A DNA stretch of 64,000 bases from Octopus sinensis. Lineage: Eukaryota. Position 1 is the first letter of the stretch, and every line of letters starts with the position of its first letter. The position numbers were made by a program, and so were the translations under genes. Location of the stretch: the NCBI RefSeq assembly GCF_006345805.1, contig NC_043008.1:76384001-76448000 (forward strand), in the 5' to 3' direction. Below the pieces are notes generated by a model. The model saw nothing but the letters and a program-made list of their open reading frames with translations. It did not search any database and had not been told where the DNA came from. Shown one piece after another: positions 1 through 13,069 of the stretch.

Positions 1-1379
1 TTGTGAAACTACAACTAAATTAAGTAGTATTTAATACTACTAACACAGAATGCATTCTCTATTAAAGATATTAAAAATATATTTATCATATATTTTTTAT
101 CGTGTTTGATCTTTGCAACATTCATTTATTTCATTTTTGGTTGTTGTTTCACTATAAAACATTTTTAGTGTAAAAGCACTACATAGTATATGTGAATTAA
201 TTTGAAAATTTAAATCCGTTTGATCTAATTTACAACATAACACAGGTTGTTGATTTCTCCATTAAATGAATGCGAATAATTAAAAAAGAGAGAAAAAAGG
301 TTTCTAACTCAATAGCGGATATATAATTAAAAGATTTTTCTTTTCAAGCGCACCTCCGCTTCTATAAACAGAATGAATTCATATTATTTGAAAAGGTGAT
401 GGAATCGAAGCTTTTCATTCTAAAATTCTTCATGTATTTCTGCTATCTTAAATTTGTTCGGTTGATTAAATACTTAAATCTCGGAAACAGAAAATAGAAC
501 ACTTTTATTTTGGTGTGGATTTTCTCTGATTCTTTTTTTCCGTTTCCATCTGGATAACCTTTCGTAATATACTGAGCTTCCGAATAACTTTTGCTTTATT
601 TCCTTCAACATCTTTTATATTGACTTACGTATCGACTTCCATGTTATTCACCCTTTCCTATCATTCGTATTCTTTTGATTGAGACTAAACTTTATTAACA
701 ATGCTGATATTTTACTTCATAGTGACTATACCACTTTCGCATTTAAAGTGCGTCTCACTGACATGTCTTCACGAAACTCCTTTTCTCTGCCTAATTATAT
801 AAAGTAAATGACAAAGCATTTCAAATTTATAAATATTTCCTTGAAATAAAACTGATTGTATCCTAATCAAAATATTGCTTTTATGTCTGTGGTCAATAAA
901 AGTGGGTATTGAATTTATTTCGTCAATTGCAGACCTCAAATAGTGTGGAGAAATGATGGGAGACACCGAAAACCAGGAGCAAAAGTGATAGCAGGACCGA
1001 AAGCGAGGGGGAGGGACATCACGCGAAGAAGCATTTTCTTTTTCTTTTTTTTTCGCTGAGTGCGACAGACGTGCAGAAGGTATCATTTTGAGAAGAGTGG
1101 TTCATTTTGATCAGATGTTCGAGTAGAATGCATGTATGGATATAAATCCCTGAGTTCTACTGGTTCCTGCGATCCGAAGTCTGAATATAATTTTACCGAT
1201 TTCTTCTCGAGGTGAGAACTACCTTATGTTTAGCCTTACGGCACATAGCTATTTCGGCATGCCGTTTACTTGTGGAGATATACATATTTTCTTTTCTTCT
1301 CTTTCCTCCTGCCTTCGTACCACCGACACGCGCGATGACTACCTAGAAAATAATCAGTAACGACGATTCGAGATCGTTT

Positions 1380-2940
1380 GCTAGGGAAGGTGATGTGGTG
1401 GCCTCTATGAAAAAAGGCGAAACTCGTAGTGAAATTGCTGAGCATCTAAGATGTGCGTATTCTTATGCCCCTGTACTTAGAGAGAAATGAGCTGAATCTG
1501 TATTTAGAAATGAAGAAAGCAGATGAGATGAACGTGGGAAAAATCGAAGCGTGTCTGAAGGACGCTTATACGGAAGCATTCAAAACCTACAGCAAGCTTA
1601 GGAGAGTAAAATAGAGAGGCGAGTAAGTTGACAACTATATAAGTGAAATGAGATTACCTGGGTTAGCTAAGTTCACCGGAGCAGCAATGTAGCGGATTGT
1701 GAATCTGGTTTCTGTGATTGGATTCCACGATCACATCTCAGTGGGGTTGCAACACAAACTGGATATCGAAATAATGTCAGTTGAAACCCTGATAGATAAG
1801 ATGTGAGTGTTGACACGGAACGACACAAGCGATGTACCTGAGACGGAGACAGTGGATGTAAGTAGGATGAAAAAGCAGGTAGCAATTAGCAAAAACAGGA
1901 GTATAGTTAGACAGCTAGCTGAGGAACCATGTTTTAGGTGTCAGGAGCAGTATGTTACCGATGTACCCAGCCCGAGCACAGCGAGCTTATTGTAAATAGG
2001 GAAATGAGGAGAGGGGAACTACTGCGTCATCTCTAATTCCCTACACGGCTGCATGAAGGCACACCACTGTTCATTCTGATGGGGAAAAGGGAGCCTCTGT
2101 AGATACGAGTTGCATAACAACATTGGTGACTGTAAGAATAGCTGAGAGCTGGAGAGGAAACACCAGTCTCATTGCAGTAAATGGCAGGGAGCTTATGTGT
2201 AGGGGCATCTCTGAAGTAGAGCAAGAGATTTAGGAGATTTCGATTAAGCTGCAGGTGATTATAGTCTACAAGGTAGTGAACAGCGTCGACGTAGTGGTGA
2301 GAATGAAGCAGAGAAAAAAGTCGAGTGATCCGGTCCCGTCAGAAAGAAGGAATACTGTCGGTAAGAGTGTAGATGAGGACTTCCTAACCTGCCGAGGTCG
2401 ATGGTGAAGCATGGACTGTGGAGTATTTTTGGAAAGAAGAGCCCCACAAACTGAGAAACAATGTGAGTTGCTATGAGCACACACTGAAAGAAGTCAGGAA
2501 CGGGTTCAAGAGATATGTATAGAGGAGGGTATTTTTATATTGTGGGAAGAGAATACGACGAGCGTTGTGATGTTGATGATGGCTAGTCCGACTGGTGCTA
2601 GACTTTTGTGATTTGTAAGAGTCCTGCCATGTGGGCAGCGGATGTATCTGGGGAAATCCTGCAGGAGTGGAGACGATAGTCGGTCTATCTACAGCTAAAT
2701 CAAGAGACGAACTGAAGAACTGAACAGGGGCAATAAAGTAGGAGAGGAGACAATTGCAAATGATGCGAGATATATTGAAGAGAGTGAGGGTGGAAGATCC
2801 GGTCAAGGGCAGGTGGTATATGCCCGAAAAAGTAAAAGGAATCGTATGTTGTGATGCGAGTAGTATAGTAATAGGAGTCATTATGGAAATAGGTGTTCAG
2901 ATGGAAGATGCAGCGTGGCTCCCTAAGATAGACGGCTAAC
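1380..2940 (+). mobile_element. Degraded Ty3/gypsy LTR-retrotransposon internal region (gag, zinc knuckle, RT, RNase H remnants)
   Basis: Hand translation gives gag-like LYLEMKKADEMNVGKIEACLKDAY with stops, a CFRCQ knuckle remnant (ORF 1807-1995) and RNase H-like CCDASSIVIGVIMEIG..EDAAWL (ORF 2754-2939). Many stops and frameshifts; LTRs not identified. Confidence 0.65.
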
Positions 2941-3031
2941 CCCTTATGAAGTATGTACTTACCCTATATTAACTCCTTATGACGTATGCATAATCTCGTT
3001 CTTCCTAACCTTCTCTTTCTGCCTTTCCCAT

Positions 3032-3066
<35 letters not shown>

Positions 3067-3239
3067 ATCTTTCTCTATCAATGTATTTAACTCACACACA
3101 TACACCTTGCAAACCAGTAGTAAGAGATTAACAACGAGCGTGGGGAAACTTATCCTGTTTGGCGGAAGAAGGAGAGCCACCTAGTTCTCAGTCAATTGTT
3201 AAAAGTAGTTTGGTCATTTAAAATATCACCATGACACCT

Positions 3240-3830
3240 TACCCCTGGAGAACACTGTTATGTTGGGACAAACTTCTGGCAAAAGAAAAATTTAAGAAAC
3301 CATGGAACTGATTCCATTTTGGTAAATATCAACCACAATTGAAAGAACGGGAGAATTCCCAGTTCTGTGATCCGAGTCGTAGAGGCACTGCTAAGAACCA
3401 ATGACAAAATCTGATGCTAGTGACAAATTCCGGCTCATTTAAGGTTGTGGTTGAGATATTAACAAAGTGATTGGCACTTGCAACTAGTGGTTTGATCCGG
3501 GAAATACAAATGAGAACAATCTCCCAACAGATTCCCTCACGTCAACTTCGCCATCACAGGAAAAGAGAGTACGAAACATGAATGCTTGATAGATTTGAAA
3601 AAGTCGAATGATATAAAGAAGGTCACCTCCGAGACATAGAAACTATCCTGAAAGCATCCAGTGTTGCTCCCATCTACAAAGACTGGATCACAGCAAAACA
3701 GCAATATTTGCTCGATGATCAAATTCCACGGTTACATCTCGAAAGTGTTTAAGCATTTTGTCACGCATTTAGTACCGCCAGGAATGTCATCTCTCACCTT
3801 TTCTGTGATGTAAAGCCCTCCTATATCTTA
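3240..3830 (+). mobile_element. Possible highly degraded R4/Dong-like non-LTR fragment
   Basis: Patchy similarity (IPSSVIRVVEAL; LVTNSGSFKVVVEI; DWITAKQQ; NVISH) to the better-preserved element at 22875-25186. Weak. Confidence 0.25.
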
Positions 3831-4139
3831 CATGTGTTTCTATACTTGTAGACTTCTTATTTCATTGGCTGTTCTCGATTTTATGTAAACAACTCACAGT
3901 TTCTGCAATCCCTTTGCATTGTCATTGAAGTAAATAAGTGTGTGCTATTGTTGTTGCTCATTATCATTATCATCATCATTAAGTAAGACATGATACAGTG
4001 ACATCTTATCACTATGGTAATATATAGACAAACTTCTAGCAAAAGGGAGATCTAAAGACATGAAATGGGTAGCTGAGCCACATCAAGGAATGAACTAGAA
4101 GGAAAATAATGGAAGAGATGAGGTTAACAGAACGAGAAA

Positions 4140-4320
4140 AATATTCTTTTCTACTCTAAGCATAAGGTCCGAAATTTTAGTAGAGGAGGTCAGTCGATTA
4201 TATCGACACCAGTACGCAACTGGTACTTAATTTATCGACTCCTAAAGGATGAAAGGCAAAGTCGACTTCGGCGGAATTTTAGCTCAGAACGTAAAGACAG
4301 ACGAAATGAACGGAAAAAAC
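4140..4320 (-). mobile_element. tRNA-derived SINE (family A), partial
   Basis: Reverse complement of the 62103-62340 copy core (…aaggatgaaaggcaaagtcgacttcggcggaatt…ctcagaacgta). Confidence 0.85.
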
Positions 4321-7034
4321 GTTGTTTCTTTTAACATGCAGGTCACTAAGGATACGGATTATGATTAATATGTATAATAATATGATTAATATGTATAATA
4401 ATTATGATTAATATGTATAATAATATGATTAGGCCCATTGATAATGATGTGTGTGTGAATGTGTGTGCAATCATTCTTATCTTTACATTGTCATTTAAAC
4501 TTATATTAAATATTTATAACGAAAAATATTTTTTTAATTAGAGCAGTGGGCTTGAAACAGAGAACAGCAAGATCGCTCCAAAAGTTCTTTGCGAAATTTG
4601 GTACAATCCACCTCTTCTTTATTAACGAGATAAGAAAATTAGATTTTGCTTCTCTATAACTTCCCTTTCGTCACCAAAATTGGCAATTTTTGTCCCAAAG
4701 AGTATTTACCATTTTCCCAAAGAGAAACACTGCTCTATTGTACTTGGGCAATTAACGAATTTCGATTTTTATCATTATTGTTTTACGTTATTATTTGTTA
4801 TTAGTTACTATTTTTACTGTTTTTTTAAATCAGTGTTTATTCTATAACTGTGTATTATGACTATTATGTTCTTAGTTCTGTTCGTTTTTGCTATTTATTA
4901 TATAAATTTATACTAAAACTATAAATATCACTGCCAACAATCTTCGAGTGCTGATCATTTAAGTAATGAGATGCTAGGATTAATCAAGTTCGTTCAGCCA
5001 GATTAGATTTGTTGTCGTGGCTTACTGATTCCTTACAGATAAACTTAGTCGACTGTGTACACCTACTTAAATGTTAGCATAGACAGTTTAATGTAGATTT
5101 AGATCTTATAAAAACATTCGACCGGAAATATAAAAAATGAAAACAATTACTTTATACTGCTATTTTGAACTAATTTATTTTTCTGCATGGTGTGATTTCC
5201 AGAGATTTCTTACCAAAATGAATGAAAAGATTTTAATGGATTTACTGCGAATCTTCACGTTGCTATAAGTTTTGATCTCCATTTGTTAAATGAAGCGAGT
5301 TAAAAGTAATAAACTGTATGGTTTGCCGTTGTAAGTTTATTTACGTTTCAACTGTTAATGACTATAACAATTAAAAATACAATTTACTCTGGTATTGAAA
5401 ACAAACGTTTATTGAGAAAAGGCAAACAATAAGGAATTATTCAAGGAAAGTATCATAGAACTAAGATGTTTCTTTCAATCTTCTGAAAAGTGCATTTTGT
5501 TTAATTTCAATTTAAAATATTTTCTTCTCTTGTAGCTTTCTTCATCTAGAGATATTTAAAACCGTTTGAAATATTCTGTTATATCCTTGAAAAAATTCCT
5601 TTAAAACAATGATTTTATCACAATGGATGTAAAGAGATTTTCATGAACGATAACAAATATTTAAATTCATTATTTTATTTTTATTTTTCATTTGAAAATA
5701 TCGAGTACAAGGTATTTCTTCCCTATTGGAAAATAAAGCAGGTTATATGCTTTTCTGGTACCGTATAAGATAACCTTTCTACTAAAATGACATATAACAT
5801 TGTACAATAAGCATATAATAATATATTTAAAATTATTTGCATATAGAGAAATGCAAATTAAAAGAGTTTTAAAGGAGTTCTAGACAAGAAAAAAGCTTTG
5901 TTTTTCAAAGAAATGTTGTTGTTCTTTGTCAACTACGCGATTTGAAAGAAAAATTGAAAATCAAATTTATGCCCACAAAACAAACAAAAATAACCAAGGA
6001 AAAACTGTATGACACTTTTTAGAAGCAGGGTATAAACAAATAATGACTTTCCTGAAAATGCCAATTGTATAATCGTTTATGCACATACGACAACGTTAAC
6101 AGCACAGAATGAAAATTGTTAAGAATAGAAGTTTTACCGGTCTTACGATTGAATCTAATAGTGAAGCTGAAGAAACGGTGACTGTGTGGAACAATTGCTT
6201 CCCAACAGACACACTTTTCATGTGTGAGGAGTGTTTCTTTTTCTGGAATGTGAAAGGATTTACGTATTTATGAATACTAAAAATGTCAGGAGCATTTGAC
6301 ATCTGTTATACCGCTTAGCGCTGGATCGCTTAGTGCTATACTACGTTACCTGCTAGACAGCTTAGTGTGTGAAAATTCAAACCTCACTTTCTATAGATTT
6401 TTTGTAAAGAATATGTGGATTAAGAGTATGAGAGCGTTTGCGGACATTGACACGAAGAGTTTGAGTTTTCTTTAAGAAAACAGACAGTTCCTGCAGAATT
6501 ACCATGTAGCAGATTATGGACAATTTGTAAATGTTCTTAGTCTAGTAGTGTTCCAGATGGTACAGAGTCATTGCTAGATGTGGATAAATGATACAGGTAT
6601 GAACATGCTGGAGTCATAAACAACCGAACATGTTCAAGATGCATTTGGGTCTATCTGTGTCCAGCGGACTAGACAAAGTAAGCCAATCACCAGTACAGAA
6701 CATATGTGAATAAATCTATTGATACAAGGATATTGGTATTTGACGTACAGACACGTCAGATATTGGTCGATAGAACAGCTGCAGTCGGATCTTTCACATT
6801 TTGCAGTAATATTAACATTAATACTGGTGTCTGGGGTACTATACTACAAATGAGAAAATTTTGAGATTACCATGGTTGTAAAGCTGGTTGATCAATGTTG
6901 AGTTGGAGCAAAGAAACAACAACTAGAAAAATTTTTAGGTTTTTAACGTTATAATTAACGAAACCAAAAAGCAAGCAAACCAGAAAATGCTACATCGGTA
7001 TAGATGTGTAATACACACACACACGCACGTATGT

Positions 7035-7036
<2 letters not shown>

Positions 7037-7073
<37 letters not shown>

Positions 7074-7079
7074 ATATAT
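7037..7079. repeat. (TA)n microsatellite
   Basis: Direct reading. Further (TA)n tracts at about 7655-7717, 8103-8170, 11085-11250, 12193-12345, 12897-12940, 13750-14030, 33085-33116, 37050-37127, 39280-39355, 40855-40915, 50505-50745 and 62510-62577. Confidence 0.95.
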
Positions 7080-7648
7080 CAAATTCAAGGATATCTTATC
7101 CTCATTAGCGATAAATAAATCTAAAATTTCACTAGTTTCCATCACATTATAAGAAATTTCACAACTGTTGTGAATTTGAATTCCTACAAGTAAGAATTCT
7201 TCGTGATTATTAAAACAAAATCCCTGAAGAGATTCTAAGCCTTACAGCTACAATTATTTACATTAGATTTAAATCAAATGCTTTGACTCATGCATTACCA
7301 AGGGACCAGAATCGAAATATATGTACGTTTTTTGTGTCTTTCATCATGATTTTTTAAAAAAGGATTTCTGTTTAAAGATAAGGAAATAATTTTATTGTCA
7401 AACGCTGGATAATGCTTACAATATAGCATGAACAGGATAAACTACACATATTTTACAGAAAAATGTGTCGGCGGCCAGCCATGAGACTCAAACTTACATC
7501 CCTGTGATTACGCGTCCAGTGCTATATATTTAAAACACACTATGATACAAATTAACTGTACATTTTTAACTCTCCATTATCTAACATTATTAATATTAGC
7601 TATTATATATATATATGCTTGTGTGTGTGAATATCTAAATATATATAA

Positions 7649-7720
<72 letters not shown>

Positions 7721-7779
7721 TGGTAAAAACGGTAAGATAACAAAAAAAAAGAAAGAGACCTCAATTTATCTATAAAATA

Positions 7780-8101
7780 ATATGTTACAATTATTCAATA
7801 GTCAAGATAAAACTCTGAGTTTCGGATGCCGAAGTGGAAATCCATAATACCGTTTCTTCGTTTATCTGACCATCTGAAATACCGGGAAATTTCTGTGTTA
7901 TAATTCCTCTACTTATATAAATTAAGATTAAAAGTTCATAGTTCATATAAGTAGCGGAATTATAATACAGTAATTTCCCTTTATATAACGGTATTTTTTC
8001 ATAGCGTTTTTCAGATGGCCAGATAACCGAAGAGATGGTGTTGTGGATTTCCACTTCGACATCCGAAACTCAGAGTTTTATCTTGACTATTGAATAATTG
8101 T

Positions 8102-8108
<7 letters not shown>
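7780..8108. mobile_element. Foldback element with 100-bp inverted arms carrying a degenerate hammerhead motif
   Basis: Arms 7780-7879 and 8009-8108 (about 7 mismatches by eye). Inner inverted pair at 7885-7919 and 7945-7980. The right end runs into (TA)n. A family fragment occurs at about 13855-13965. Confidence 0.8.
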
Positions 8109-8176
<68 letters not shown>

Positions 8177-8214
8177 TTATATATGTATGTGTATATATAT
8201 ATGCATGTATATAT

Positions 8215-11085
8215 AACTTAGAATAACTTAGAAAGGTTTTGGCCAGTATTGGCCCAGGCCATGCCTAACTTAATAGCACCACCTGGCGAAGTCTTTCAGT
8301 TCAGGATTTGGGCACCAAGGCCCATTCGAGCAGAGAGTTATTGTTTGCGGAGACATATCCGGGTGTGAGTGGTTTGTCCGGTACTGTTTGAAGGAATTTG
8401 TCCAACGACTTCTTGAATTTTGTGTGGTCAGTTTCTTTTTTGACGTGCCCTGGTGTAATGTTGAAGCGAGCAGGTCCAATTGAGGTGAAATAGTTGTGCC
8501 GTATTGTCGTTATGTGATGCGATTTAGATTTTTGTTCTGGACGGATGGCACGTGGTCCTAGCCTTGGATGCATTTTGAAGGTGATGCCAACATCATTCGG
8601 ACAGTGCTGGTGGAATATTTTCCACATCATACAGATAATGTAGCGTTCACGGCGTCGTTGGAGTGAATACAATTTCAGCTTCTCTAGTCTACCCCAGTAG
8701 TCAAGGTCTGACATGCCATCTATCTTTTTTGTGATTGACCTTTGGGGAGCTTCAATTCTCATAATATTTTGTTTTGTGTAGGGAGACCACAGTGGACAGC
8801 AGTATTCAAGGTGGGGTCGGGCAAAAGTGGAGAAGAGAAGGATAATAGCGTGGGAATTTCTCGACTGGAAGGTTCTGAGAATCCAGGAACACATTCTGCG
8901 GGCCGTGTCAACTTTGCTGCTTATATGTGTAGCCCAGCTTATGTTGTTGTCCACTGTTACTCCCAGGTCTCTGATGTTGTTGGATGCCATGAGAATTTCT
9001 CCAGAAGGAAGAGAGTATGGGAGTTTCAGAGTGTCCTCTCTTCCAAAGTGGATCAGTTCAAATTTGTCTTCATTTAGCAACATGTTATTCTTTTCCGCCC
9101 ATTGGACAACAGCCAGTAGGTCTGACTGAAGGTTTATTCGGTCATCCACGCCATTGATGACCTTCTGGAGCTTGGAATCATCAGCGAAGGTTCTGATGTT
9201 ACTGTGTTTGATGGTGTCAGTAATATCATTTATGTAGATGATGAAGAGAAGTGGGCCCAACACAGTGCCTTGTGGGACACCACTGCTGACTTTGGCTGGG
9301 CTGGATTTGACTCCTTCGACTACAACATGTTGGGTTCTGTTAGACAGGAAGCACTTGATCCACCGCAGCAGCTTTCCAGTGACACCAATATTGGACAGCT
9401 TTCTCAAAAGGATCTTATGATCAACCCTGTCAAAGGCCTTGCTGAAATCAAGGTAGATGACATCAGTGTTAGAACCTTCTCCCAAGGCTCTCAAAATGTC
9501 ATCAAAATGATGCAGTAGCTGCGTGAGGCAATCTCTCCCATTACGAAATCCATGCTGGTTGGGGTTCAGCATATTATGACTCTCAAGGAAGTGAGTCATA
9601 CGCGATCTCAGCACCCTCTCAAATACCTTGATGATATGGGAGGTGAGTGAGATTGGACGGTAATTCACAGCAAGCGATTTGTTTCCTTTTTTGAAAACTG
9701 GGACAACAGACTGGGATAGAAGGTCTTCTGGTATATATCCAGCATCCAGTGAGTTCCGCCACAGATTGGCTAGAGGGGGTGCAAGTTGGTTTTGACACAT
9801 CTTCAAGGCACAAGCAGGGAACCTATCTGGACCTACTGCTGAATTATGCTTCATTTCCTTTATTGCTGCTAAGACATCAGGAGCGCCAAATGTTATGTCC
9901 GATAAAGTGTATTGGGGAGTAACATCACTGATACAGCTCAGATCAGTCATATCAGGATTGCTGAAAACAGAGCAATATTGTTTCTGCAATATCTCTCCCA
10001 TGGTTTTGGCATTGTCTTGAAGAGTACCATTTTCATCAATCAGAGGGCCAACAGTAGAACCAGTGACTCTGTGTTTTTTGGCAAATGAAAAGAACACTTT
10101 GGGATTGAGTTTGATCTTCTCAATGGCCCAGGCCTCTTCAGCTCTTCGCTGACTATTGATGATAGACATCATGTTGTTTTGGAGTTTAAGTTTTTTAATC
10201 TCTAGCGACGAGATGGCAGTCAGGTTGGTGTGTTGCTGTTGACAGTATTTCAGCATGTTGATCTTTTTGTTGATTCTTTTAATTTTCCTTATGAGAGATT
10301 TTCTATTTCTAGGGATTCGACACTTAGATTTGTTTGCAGATCTTAATGGGGTGTGTCTGTTCGTGATGGTGTCTACAAGTGACTGCCAGGACTTTTTGAT
10401 GTTAGTGGGTGTGTATGTGTGCGTGAAGGACCAATCGACTTGTGCAAGATTATTATTGATCGCATCCCAGTTTGCATTGTGGAAATCCATAGTGTCAAAT
10501 GGATGAACAGTAGGGATGACATTTGTTTTGCATTTTGGCCAGTGAAATCTCAGATCACAGAGAACCATGTCATGGTCGGAGAGTAGGGTTTTCTCCACTG
10601 CAATATTGTGGATAGTATCAGTGTGATTGCTGAAAATTAAGTCTAAGACGTTTTTGTGACATCTCGTTGGTTCGAGTACCAGTTGGGACAAGAAGAAGTC
10701 ATCCATGAAGTCAAGAAGCGATTCCACTGCCTCCCTGTCAGGGGTTGAGAGAGAAGAACCTGGCGGCAGACTGTTTGTAGACCAGTCAACCCCGGGAAGG
10801 TTGAAGTCTCCCATCATTAAAATGTTGTCAGGTTGACACTGCTGAATGAAACACTTTATGCTGTTGAGGCATTCCTTGAAGCATGGTAGGGGCGTTTGGG
10901 GTGGTCTGTAGAACCCAACTACTGTTAAGTTGTTGGTTTGACTGAATACAGCGACTGCTTCGCAGTATCCATTGGAAAATATGTTCATGGCTTCTGTTGA
11001 GAATGAATCATGGACATAAATGGCAGTCCCACCCTTTCTTCTGCCAGCACGATCAGCACGAATGGTTTTGAAATTTTTAACTTTA
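8215..11085 (-). mobile_element. 5'-truncated CR1/L2-type (Jockey group) LINE
   Basis: Carries the uninterrupted ORF2 below, a short 3' UTR with a GGCC stem-loop and a ttctaagtta x2 terminus, and is flanked on both sides by TA-rich microsatellite. Confidence 0.9.
8301..10988 (-). CDS. LINE ORF2: AP endonuclease (C-terminal part) plus reverse transcriptase, 895 aa from the first Met
   Basis: APE motifs VGFYRPP, MGDFN, LDLIFSN and SDHD. RT motifs [40 protein letters not shown] and FADDSKL. C-terminal [11 protein letters not shown]. The frame stays open upstream to about 11085 ([22 protein letters not shown]), so the Met is internal and the element is truncated. Confidence 0.92.
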   Translation of the reverse strand: MNIFSNGYCEAVAVFSQTNNLTVVGFYRPPQTPLPCFKECLNSIKCFIQQCQPDNILMMGDFNLPGVDWSTNSLPPGSSLSTPDREAVESLLDFMDDFFLSQLVLEPTRCHKNVLDLIFSNHTDTIHNIAVEKTLLSDHDMVLCDLRFHWPKCKTNVIPTVHPFDTMDFHNANWDAINNNLAQVDWSFTHTYTPTNIKKSWQSLVDTITNRHTPLRSANKSKCRIPRNRKSLIRKIKRINKKINMLKYCQQQHTNLTAISSLEIKKLKLQNNMMSIINSQRRAEEAWAIEKIKLNPKVFFSFAKKHRVTGSTVGPLIDENGTLQDNAKTMGEILQKQYCSVFSNPDMTDLSCISDVTPQYTLSDITFGAPDVLAAIKEMKHNSAVGPDRFPACALKMCQNQLAPPLANLWRNSLDAGYIPEDLLSQSVVPVFKKGNKSLAVNYRPISLTSHIIKVFERVLRSRMTHFLESHNMLNPNQHGFRNGRDCLTQLLHHFDDILRALGEGSNTDVIYLDFSKAFDRVDHKILLRKLSNIGVTGKLLRWIKCFLSNRTQHVVVEGVKSSPAKVSSGVPQGTVLGPLLFIIYINDITDTIKHSNIRTFADDSKLQKVINGVDDRINLQSDLLAVVQWAEKNNMLLNEDKFELIHFGREDTLKLPYSLPSGEILMASNNIRDLGVTVDNNISWATHISSKVDTARRMCSWILRTFQSRNSHAIILLFSTFARPHLEYCCPLWSPYTKQNIMRIEAPQRSITKKIDGMSDLDYWGRLEKLKLYSLQRRRERYIICMMWKIFHQHCPNDVGITFKMHPRLGPRAIRPEQKSKSHHITTIRHNYFTSIGPARFNITPGHVKKETDHTKFKKSLDKFLQTVPDKPLTPGYVSANNNSLLEWALVPKS

Positions 11086-11174
11086 TATATATGTATGTAT
11101 ATATATATATATATGTATAATTATATATATATATGTATAATTGCTTTGTATATATATATGTATGTATATATATA

Positions 11175-11250
<76 letters not shown>

Positions 11251-11256
<6 letters not shown>

Positions 11257-12093
11257 AAAGGGCTTAGTAAAATAAATTACTTTGCCACATACTGAACTCA
11301 TTAGAAATAGCAGCTAAAAACATTTTTTAAACTATTTCTAATACTTAAAGAAAATCTCTCTCATATAGTGTTTTCTCAAGTCAACTCACGAAAGTATGAG
11401 GGTAAAAACATTAAAACATCACAAATGCAAAGGTTATTTGAGAACGTACGTTTCTAGATTAGTCAAATCGACATTTCTTTCGTCAGCTCAGAATTCCTTG
11501 GTTCGGATTTGGGAACACTGAAAGTGGGAGCATACCCTTTTAGCTTCCTATCACTTCTGAAGATCTGCTCGGACTATCAGTGTTAGCAAATTCAAAATAT
11601 GCAAGCGAAGAATTTCTGCTCTCCCCTTTCTACCAGCGTGGGTTAAAATTAGGAAACACTTTGTTTTATCGGTAAAGACCGAAGCATTAAATAGAGAGAA
11701 ATGAATTATAATTTCAAGGGGAGAGCAGAAATTCTTCGCTTGCATATTTTGAATTTGCTAACACTGATAGTCCGAGCAGATCTTCAGAAGTGATAGGAAG
11801 CTAAAAGGGTATGCTCCCGCTTTCAGTGTTCCCAAATCCGAACCAAGGAATTCTGAGCTGACGAAAGGAATGTCGATTTGACTAATCTAGAAACGTACGT
11901 TCTCAAATAACCTTTGCATTTGTGATGTTTTAATGTTTTTACCCTCATACTTTCGTGAGTTGACTTGAGAAAACACTATATGAGAGAGATTTTCTTTAAG
12001 TATTAGAAATAGTTTAAAAAATTTTTTTAGCTGCTATTTCTAAAGAGTTCAGTATGTGGCAAAGTAATTTATTTTACTAAGCCCTTTTATATA
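11251..12093. mobile_element. Foldback element with 378-bp near-perfect inverted arms
   Basis: Arms 11251-11628 and 11716-12093 (4 mismatches found by eye), with an 87-bp spacer. The left end abuts (TA)n. Confidence 0.92.
11854..11905 (+). ncRNA. Type I minimal hammerhead ribozyme motif (mirror copy on - at 11439-11490)
   Basis: TGAG-CTGACGA-[weak stem II]-GAAA-CGTACG-T-T-CTCA. Stem I is TGAG/CTCA, stem III is the palindrome ACGTACGT, and the triplet is GUU. Confidence 0.65.
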
Positions 12094-12188
12094 ATGTAAT
12101 AATTTGAATTCGCCTTAAATGGTCCCTTTACATACTGAAAACTTGGTAAAATTGATTAATAATTAATTAATTTTACCCTCAATTGTTG

Positions 12189-12246
<58 letters not shown>

Positions 12247-12252
12247 AATACA

Positions 12253-12540
<288 letters not shown>

Positions 12541-12901
12541 AAATAAATATGTTCTCTAACCGATAAATTGACTGCTGCTAATTATTAGCTGCAGGCTAGT
12601 TTTCTCGGGCCTCAACGCGCCAAAGTAAAGGCATTTGAAAGATATATTCAAATGTAATAGGCTGAACTCCATGCACGCGATATTTCGGTATCGTGTTTGC
12701 ATCTAGTCCAGCAAATTGCATTTATAACGGACCATGCTGATGATGGCTGCAGTTTTCCTTGCGGAAAATAACAGTCGAAACTAATTAGTACATGGGTAAT
12801 TATTTTATTTCGTATATTTTTCACTTGTTTATTGCTATGGTTTTGTGCTGAGTTTGATCTGAGAACATAATCTTTTCGTGTTCAGTCCTTAATTGGTATA
12901 T

Positions 12902-12943
<42 letters not shown>

Positions 12944-13010
12944 TAGTAATGTTATGTGTAAATAGAGGAATTTATCTGTAATATAATATGTGATAGTTAT
13001 TCGTTTTCTA

Positions 13011-13069
13011 TAACAAAACTCCGAGTTTCGGATGTCGGGAAATCTGCTCCGGCATCTCGTCAGTTATTA
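13011..13069 (-). ncRNA. Type I hammerhead ribozyme motif (relative of the 7780-8108 family, canonical core)
   Basis: Minus strand TAATAA-CTGACGA-GATGCCGG…CGACATCC-GAAA-CTCGGAG-T-T-TTGTTA. Stem I is 6 bp (one G.U), stem III is near-palindromic, and stem II needs a 1-nt bulge. Confidence 0.6.

Noticed and set aside
769-1086. 105-aa ORF and possible splice acceptor near 930
   Set aside because: No recognisable domain or donor support.
6080-6920. Coding-like stretch, possibly a piggyBac-type relic or host exon
   Set aside because: All frames have stops and I could not identify a convincing motif.
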